64,000 nt of DNA, taken from positions 1,816 through 65,815 of the forward strand of contig CALMGM010000012.1 of NCBI GenBank assembly GCA_937863685.1. Reading direction: 5' to 3'. This stretch comes from an uncultured bacterium (lineage in GTDB: Bacteria > Edwardsbacteria > AC1 > EtOH8). Shown here piece by piece: positions 58,901 through 64,000 of this stretch. The translations under genes and the position numbers were made by a program. Under the pieces are notes generated by a model. That model was not told where the DNA came from and did not search any database. It was given only the letters and a program-made list of their open reading frames with translations. Position 1 is the stretch's first letter, and the number at the start of each line of letters is the position of its first letter.

Positions 58901-60110
58901 CTCCGAAATAGCCGTTCGACGATACTATCGGCCCTCCGTTGGCCGTAAGGTTGTTGACCATTCTGGATGTATCAACAAACAGCTCATGGTCCATCGCCAG
59001 GTTGGGAACAATGTTGTCCTCAATTTTGGGCATTTCGTAGCTGGTGGTGCAGGGAATTGAACCTGAATAAATGAGGTTGAAGGTGTCCGTGAATACAGGT
59101 TTGGCGTAAAAAACACCCGATCCCCTGTTAATGGTAGCATTCTTACCGATGGTTAAATTCTGAACGGGATAATTCTGGCACATGCCGTTGAAAAGCCCCA
59201 ACCCGCCCTTGATGATGCCCGGGCAGGGCGGCCAGTAATCGGCCGAACTATTGATATTCAGGCTATCGAAACGGAGCGTATCGCTGAAGGGTGCGGAGAA
59301 GGTGATGCCCCCATTCTCATTAATATTTACAACCTCTGTGCCGGAGCTGTCAGAATAGGCGAAAAGGGTGTCACCCAAAGTAAGGCCAGAATAAAGATTA
59401 AGTATCGCCTTTTTACCGCTGCGAACAGAGATGTTGAAATTCATTCCCGCTTGCAATTTAAAACTTCCGGCGTACAGATTATAGGTCGCATTATACGGGG
59501 AAGGCCCATTGCTCGAAGTAGTTATTCCCACATAAGTGCTTGGGCCGAAATTAACTTGGCCGCCGGGTTCGATAACATTATAAGTTACATTATCGACATT
59601 GTTGCCATACAAGCCTGCACCTGCATAATGGAGAGTGATAGGACTGCTCACGGTCACGGAAACGTTTGCCGCGGCAATCTGCAATCGGGCAATATCGGTT
59701 GACCCCATCCCGTCGATGAATACGCTGGTGCTGCACATGTAACAAAGTCCATCGGCAGAAGCTCCTACCGTACCGTCATTGGTCACATTTCCCCAAAGTC
59801 TGACGTACCTGTTGGTCGTGGAATTGGCATATAGCATGGCGGTCCCTTCCACTTTAAGGCTGGCTGCCCTCTTGGGACTGGCCTCCACGATCACCGTATC
59901 ACCGGCTTGGATGGTTATGTTGGCATAGGGCGGCACAACAGGGGGAACAGCACTGGCTGCCACCCAGGCCGAACCGTTGTATGTTTCCCATGTGCCTATG
60001 GTTCCCCAATTCCCGTTCACCACCGAGCGGTAATCACCGACAGTTTGTGCGGCTGCCAGGCTGAAAGATACTACCAGCAGCACAGTTGATAACAAACGTA
60101 TTTTTTTCAT
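55974..60110 (-). CDS. 1378-aa secreted protein with three Big_5 (SbsA-like) Ig domains, FN3 and FlgD-Ig/T9SS-like CTD
   Basis: Signal peptide; GDYRS..GNW...TW N-terminus; DT..P.I....PA.GA..V......FSE repeats; PNP..VFNVLGQ.V..WNG..SGVYIY. Confidence 0.87.
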   Translation of the reverse strand: MKKIRLLSTVLLVVSFSLAAAQTVGDYRSVVNGNWGTIGTWETYNGSAWVAASAVPPVVPPYANITIQAGDTVIVEASPKRAASLKVEGTAMLYANSTTNRYVRLWGNVTNDGTVGASADGLCYMCSTSVFIDGMGSTDIARLQIAAANVSVTVSSPITLHYAGAGLYGNNVDNVTYNVIEPGGQVNFGPSTYVGITTSSNGPSPYNATYNLYAGSFKLQAGMNFNISVRSGKKAILNLYSGLTLGDTLFAYSDSSGTEVVNINENGGITFSAPFSDTLRFDSLNINSSADYWPPCPGIIKGGLGLFNGMCQNYPVQNLTIGKNATINRGSGVFYAKPVFTDTFNLIYSGSIPCTTSYEMPKIEDNIVPNLAMDHELFVDTSRMVNNLTANGGPIVSSNGYFGVLGSFNKNSTDGYVIGYMGRQVPVWAAGQDVHFAVGTSQGYTPAVVHFNNVSKSGLLACMSNDGEHASAAVPQQTLKRWWNLGWRPDSIATFDDYGLDLTYLSSDFNADLLEADDELNMVAGKHDAGWAFPAIASRDTANNTIQLSGLIDFSDFTMAKNQNSLAPDTIAPFITATYPADGATEVALNTLMYVAFSEAVDTLSVSGTINPVPSPSYPTWNPTMDTMFYVHGDLETGTTYTLEITALNDLSGNPLVVLPDSFMFTTIVGDTVKPYIVSTSPADGASDVALDAAIYIAFSEPVDTLSLAGSMTPSPNEYPFWNASMDTLFLSHDPMSMNTVYNVKLTALNDLAGNPLAALPDSFMFTTTVGDTVKPYIVSVSPAWGAVDVGLNDTIVIAFSEPMNTDSLDGYTNPFHDFTPGWNAAGDTFTLIPQDPYPYSTVMSVIITSGIDLAGNSIEFLPDTVVQFTSSPFKGPEITLVQQPGDTYDGTGPFIVRAAITDLGKAGIAADTLWYTDNATDWWAVVHSSTDGDTFNYSIPGPLAAGTVIEFFFGAWDDGGAVQYDPGMYRGYQFRILSPLAPSGLSALGGNLTVDLTWTPPAQVLSYYLTNNTGFFQDAGNIVDTRFTPQHYPCKLEQAVSSWWDAAGLDSVELHVWADDGSGLPDRSAELVPPVTIMPLDYPAYTVVDLSAQNLVLSSGDFHIGYVIRTDNMPMPLSDSDGPGIRSLVYDSSAAAWGNLISGGTTYHDWSHESAVSYHDYSKGLALKSYLPKPGARPLAALADLKPVRIENKQAAVYPGMTGALFLAKNIAGYDLLRSNVSGGPYTGLSKVNDTTYTDTTVLNNNTYYYVVRAVYSSPDTFSAYSNEASATPTGVAGKPESQVYTLQLKSVAPNPMTTGRTTFKFSLPVSAQASLEVFNVLGQKVNTLFDGKLEAGNHAIDWNGTDRNGARLASGVYIYQLRTMNRTLTKRMTILR

Positions 60111-60148
60111 GTGTTGTCCCCTATATTAAGGTTTGTGATTTGTAATTG

Positions 60149-60176
60149 ATTATATCAGGTTAGTTAATAATGTCAA
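60149..60176 (-). promoter_or_regulatory. sigma70 promoter of the 1378-aa protein gene
   Basis: Minus strand TTGACA-N16-TATAAT with extended TG. Confidence 0.7.
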
Positions 60177-60194
60177 GGATATAACCGTAAAAAT

Positions 60195-62192
60195 TTATTT
60201 CAATTGATATTCGGTGGAAATCGCTTTGGGCCCTCCTGGCAGGAACAGGGATATCCTCCGCAGGTTCTCTGCGGCCACCGGATTTCCCGGTTCCAGCAAC
60301 AGGGCCTGCTGGAAGGCGTCCCGGGCCTCCTCCACCCGGTTCAACCCGGCGTAAGTGCCTCCCAGGGCCAGATACAGGACGGCCTTGTTCCGTTCGTATC
60401 TTAGCGCCTGCAAAAAATAATCCAAGGATCGGTCGAACAGCAGGTTCTGGGCCAGATACATCCCCCTCTGGTACAGCATCTGCGGCATCATCCGGTAAAG
60501 CATTTTATCCCGGAGTGTCATGGTCATAGTGTCGGCATCGAACAACTGGCCGGAGAACATAAAATCGTCAGGCACCAGTTCGATCATGCCCGGAAGCTTC
60601 AGACGAAACAACAGCCCTTCGGGGATCCGCAGGTGGTACTTGGCTATTTCGGCGAAATCCCCCACCGGTTTATTCTGGGTAAGGTATGGCGGATTGTCGT
60701 AGTAGTTAGCAAGCAGTATAGAGTTTATCATGGCAATGAATTCCTGCTGAATGGCCTGCTGGTCGTAGGGTTGGCCGTGTTCAAAGGGGGACAGCTGTTT
60801 TTTAAAGGCCTCGATCCTTTCCCGGCAGGATCGGTACAGTTCCGGATAACGCTTGGCCAGGTAATCCAGGTACCAGCTCCTTCTCAGCAGTTCCTTGTCT
60901 ATCAATATGACATCGGGGCGGAGGTTGTCATTTTGTATCAAATAAAGGCAGGGTGAGTAGATATTCCAATTATCTGTCAGGATCAAACCGTTGGGTGCGG
61001 CAGATTCCAGGACATTGCTGGCCAGGGAATAGGCTAGCCGGCTCCGGCTATTATCGCCGCTTCTGAAGTTCAGCGTCAGCGGCAGGATGAACAGGGACAG
61101 CAGGATGCCGGAGACGGCCGCTCCGGCATTGGGCACCGGCAGCCGACCAACAACCAGCCTGCGCAGCCACTCCAGACCGAAGGCCGTCAAAATGAAGGAA
61201 ACAATGAATGCCGGCAGGAAATATGCTTCAATATCCGGGATGCTGTAATTGACCCCGTAGAACACCGCCAAAACAAAGATCGTAAACAGGGTCCAGAATA
61301 CTGCTTTGCTCTTTTTGAGCGCCAGGGATATCCCGGGAAGGATCAGCCACCATAGATAAACGGCGGGGTTGCCCAGCCACAGTCTGCCGAATTTTCCCAG
61401 GTTCCCCAGCAGTTCTTCGGCCGACTGGCTGAACATCCACACCCGGTATTGTTTCCCGCTGATATGCCAGAACAGCCGCTCCCAGTTGCTGGGATCGCCC
61501 CAGTTGAACAGCGGCCCCAGGCCGGAGCGAATGGGAAGGAAAAGATATATTGACAAGCCTGAGAGAAACAACAGGGCTCCGGCAACAACGATCTTCATCC
61601 TGGCTCTTCCCGACCCGGCAAATGACAGCATCAACAACCCGGGAATAAGCCACAACAGGCTCAAGTGATTGCCCAGCCCCAGCCCTGTTATAAAAGCCCC
61701 CAGCAGGAAATACCTGTCCTCCCGGCATTTGTGATATCTGATGCCCAGCCACAGCAGGGTCACGGCCAGCAGAGCGGTCAGGGCATAGACCTCCAAAAAG
61801 ACGGCCTGCTGCCAGATCACGGGCGAAAAGGCATATATCAGCGAAGATGAAAAAGCGATCTCATTTCTGATCTCCAATTCCGCTAGTATCCGGTACAGCC
61901 AACTGACCGAAAAAGCCATAAACAAGGCGGACAACAGGTTAAGTTTCCAGGCCAGCTCCCCGAAAGGAATAAGAAACACCCACAGCCTGCCGATCAGAGT
62001 ATATAGCGGATATCCGGTGGGATGCGCTATGCCCAGCGACTGGCAGACCAGCGATAGTTCCCCGGAATCTATCGGGCCTATGGTGGGGGCCATGGTTCTC
62101 AGGTATACCGAAACGGCGATAAAAAAAACGAGCCCGGGGCCCCAAACCGGGCTGATGCTCGTCTTGACCAGTTTAATTGCTTTATTTGTCAT
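60195..62192 (-). CDS. DUF2723 / TMEM260-like GT-C membrane glycosyltransferase with C-terminal TPR
   Basis: DSGEL..LGIAHPTGYPLY, A...EVY, NH, YLFLPIRS, NWGDP; many TMs; TPR tail. Start set downstream of the tRNA. Confidence 0.85.
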   Translation of the reverse strand: MTNKAIKLVKTSISPVWGPGLVFFIAVSVYLRTMAPTIGPIDSGELSLVCQSLGIAHPTGYPLYTLIGRLWVFLIPFGELAWKLNLLSALFMAFSVSWLYRILAELEIRNEIAFSSSLIYAFSPVIWQQAVFLEVYALTALLAVTLLWLGIRYHKCREDRYFLLGAFITGLGLGNHLSLLWLIPGLLMLSFAGSGRARMKIVVAGALLFLSGLSIYLFLPIRSGLGPLFNWGDPSNWERLFWHISGKQYRVWMFSQSAEELLGNLGKFGRLWLGNPAVYLWWLILPGISLALKKSKAVFWTLFTIFVLAVFYGVNYSIPDIEAYFLPAFIVSFILTAFGLEWLRRLVVGRLPVPNAGAAVSGILLSLFILPLTLNFRSGDNSRSRLAYSLASNVLESAAPNGLILTDNWNIYSPCLYLIQNDNLRPDVILIDKELLRRSWYLDYLAKRYPELYRSCRERIEAFKKQLSPFEHGQPYDQQAIQQEFIAMINSILLANYYDNPPYLTQNKPVGDFAEIAKYHLRIPEGLLFRLKLPGMIELVPDDFMFSGQLFDADTMTMTLRDKMLYRMMPQMLYQRGMYLAQNLLFDRSLDYFLQALRYERNKAVLYLALGGTYAGLNRVEEARDAFQQALLLEPGNPVAAENLRRISLFLPGGPKAISTEYQLK

Positions 62193-62232
62193 TTTATGTT
62201 GTTTTATTGATTTGCAGTATTTTCCGCAAAAA

Positions 62233-62309
62233 TGGTGCGCCCGGCCCGATTTGAACGGGCAACCCCCAGCTTCGGAGGCTGGTGCTCTATCCAATTGAGC
62301 TACGAGCGC
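62233..62309 (-). tRNA. tRNA-Arg (anticodon CCG)
   Basis: Reverse complement: acceptor GCGCTCG/CGGGCGC, anticodon arm CCAGC-CTCCGAA-GCTGG, TTCAAAT loop, CCA end; TTGATT-N17-TATAAT promoter at 62321-62349. Confidence 0.96.
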
Positions 62310-62358
62310 ATTGTCAAATAATTATATCTTTTATCAGATAAAAAATCAAGGGAATAAA

Positions 62359-63747
62359 CTACAGCTCCAGCTTTTGCCCGGGGTCGGGCACCAGCACCTC
62401 CCGGCCCTTCCCCTTGAAAGCCTCCCCCAGGCTCTGGCTTTGGGTTTCTTCGCCGTGGACCAGTATGATCTTCCCCGCCCCTTCCTTCATATTGCCCACA
62501 AAATTCAACAGATCGCTGCGGTCGGCATGGGCGGAAAACCCGTTCAGCACTTTGATCTCGGCCCTGACATCCTGCTCTTCGCCTAATATTTTTACCGATG
62601 GGGACTTGTCTACCAGCCGTTTTCCCAGAGTACCCTGGGCCTGGAAACCTACGATCAATATCATGTTCCTGGGATCGCCCAGCGAGTTCCTCAGGTGATG
62701 CAGCACCCTGCCGCCTTCGCACATTCCCGAGGCGGAGATGATGATGCAGGGGGCGTCCGTGTTGTTGAGTTTTTTGGAATCCTCCGCGGTCAGAACGTAG
62801 GTCAGCCGGCCGAAGCCGAAGGGATCGTGGTGATTAGTGATCTGTTCCCTGGTCTCTTTGTCGAAACATTCCGGATGCATCTTGAATACATTGGTGACAT
62901 TAACGGATAAAGGACTGTCCACATATATGGGAATGGCCGGCAGGGTGCCCGCTTCGAACATGCCGTGCAGTTCATAGACGATCTCCTGGGTGCGGCCCAC
63001 CGAAAAGGCCGGGATGATGATCTTGCCCCTGCGGTTATAGACCCGCCGGACCATCTCCTGCAGTTTCTGGCTGGTCTCTTCGATGGGCCCATGAAGCCTG
63101 TCACCGTAGGTGCTTTCCATCAGAAGGTAGTCGGCCCCGGTTGGTTGGTAAGGGTCGCGGATTATGGGGAGGTGATCGCGGCCCAGGTCCCCGGTAAAGA
63201 AGAATTTCTTGCCTTGGCCGTTCTCGGTAAGCTCCAGGTCCACCATGGCCGAACCCAGGATGTGGCCGGCATTGTGGAATACGGCCTTGACACCGGGCAG
63301 AGGGCTGAAAGCCCTTTCATAGGACAGGCTGACAAAATAATCCAGCGCCTTTTCGGCATCATCCATGGTATACAGAGGCTCCTTGGGGGGCATCCCTTTG
63401 GCCGCCCGTCTCTTGTTGACATATTTCAGGTCGCTCTCCTGAATATGGGCCGAATCCCGGAGCATCAGGCCCAGCAGGTCCCGGGTGGCTGAGGTCATGT
63501 AGATGTCCCCCTTGAATCCGTTCTTCACCAGGGTGGGAATGTTGCCGCTGTGGTCCAGATGGGCGTGGGACAGGATCATGGCGTCTACGCCGGCGGGATC
63601 GAAGGGCAGGTTCCGGTTGAGATTGTCGCTCTCCTCCCTCCGGCCCTGGTGGATTCCGCACTCCAGCAGCAGTCTTTTGCCATTCACTTCTATCAGGTGC
63701 ATGGATCCGGTGACGTTCTTGGCCGCCCCATGAAAAGTTATGTTCAT
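62359..63747 (-). CDS. MBL-fold metallo-hydrolase, beta-CASP RNA-processing family
   Basis: VTGS, SHAHLDHSG, AGHILGS, ESTYG, GRTQE, FSAHAD. Confidence 0.92.
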   Translation of the reverse strand: MNITFHGAAKNVTGSMHLIEVNGKRLLLECGIHQGRREESDNLNRNLPFDPAGVDAMILSHAHLDHSGNIPTLVKNGFKGDIYMTSATRDLLGLMLRDSAHIQESDLKYVNKRRAAKGMPPKEPLYTMDDAEKALDYFVSLSYERAFSPLPGVKAVFHNAGHILGSAMVDLELTENGQGKKFFFTGDLGRDHLPIIRDPYQPTGADYLLMESTYGDRLHGPIEETSQKLQEMVRRVYNRRGKIIIPAFSVGRTQEIVYELHGMFEAGTLPAIPIYVDSPLSVNVTNVFKMHPECFDKETREQITNHHDPFGFGRLTYVLTAEDSKKLNNTDAPCIIISASGMCEGGRVLHHLRNSLGDPRNMILIVGFQAQGTLGKRLVDKSPSVKILGEEQDVRAEIKVLNGFSAHADRSDLLNFVGNMKEGAGKIILVHGEETQSQSLGEAFKGKGREVLVPDPGQKLEL

Positions 63748-63778
63748 TTTATCGGGCCCCTTATGAAATATTATCAGT

Positions 63779-64000
63779 TCACAGCAGGCTGAGCTCGCCG
63801 CGTTCCAGCCGCAGCAGGCGCTCTTTCCATCCCACTCCGGCCGAGAAACCTCCGGTTGACAGGTCCTGCATTATCACCCGGTGGCAGGGTATCAGGATCG
63901 GAAGGGGGTTGAGGCCCAGCACCCGCCCCACCGCCTTGAAGGCCTTGGGATGATGGATCTGGTCGGCCAGCCATTTATAAGAACGGGTCTGGCCGTAGGG
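63779..64000 (-). CDS. ogt: Methylated-DNA--protein-cysteine methyltransferase, 5'-truncated by the window edge (absent from the ORF track)
   Basis: Minus-strand frame reads PYGQTRSY..A..KAVGRVLGLNPLPILIPCHRVI...GGFS.G...KERLL; active-site PCHRV. Confidence 0.9.
   Translation of the reverse strand, partial: PYGQTRSYKWLADQIHHPKAFKAVGRVLGLNPLPILIPCHRVIMQDLSTGGFSAGVGWKERLLRLERGELSLL

Noticed and set aside
62193..62294. N-terminal extension of the DUF2723 ORF given in the track
   Set aside because: It runs through tRNA-Arg; the ATG at 62192 is the plausible start.
63774..63974. 66-aa ORF from the track, and a suspected frameshift in ogt
   Set aside because: Re-reading shows one continuous ogt frame from 64000 to 63779; the track ORF is in another frame.
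1..64000. IS elements or prophage
   Set aside because: No transposase, integrase or phage structural ORFs recognised in any frame.

Overview
A 64 kb chromosomal window from a moderately GC-rich diderm bacterium. It carries LPS heptosyltransferases, a BamA/TamA-type protein and three large secreted proteins ending in a FlgD-Ig/T9SS-like C-terminal domain. That style suggests an uncultured FCB-associated lineage such as Edwardsbacteria/TA06/WOR-3, which is inference only. Most genes are housekeeping: fsa/tal, split tkt, topA, trmFO, three GT9, thyA-folA-purB, psd-pssA, purSQL, mscS, msrA, leuS, holA, a beta-CASP MBL nuclease, ogt, tRNA-Gly(CCC) and tRNA-Arg(CCG). I found no transposase, integrase, cas gene or reverse transcriptase. 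Four signals stand out. (1) Intergenic mosaics of at least five REP-like hairpin families, in which about 12 copies share a CTTC-N(20-23)-YTC core with mostly unrelated spacers of near-constant length; some elements sit in-frame inside genes. (2) A surface-assembly locus at 39.9-48.9 kb (TlpA, CsgG/PEGA, cohesin-like lipoprotein, 1804-aa LVIVD/FN3/dockerin/cohesin protein, OM barrel). (3) Very dense D-S/T motifs in exported proteins, next to a DUF2723/TMEM260-like glycosyltransferase. (4) A PelD-like degenerate GGDEF protein and an HD-GYP protein embedded in a purine/phosphatidylethanolamine operon. All family assignments come from reading motifs by eye; no database search was run.
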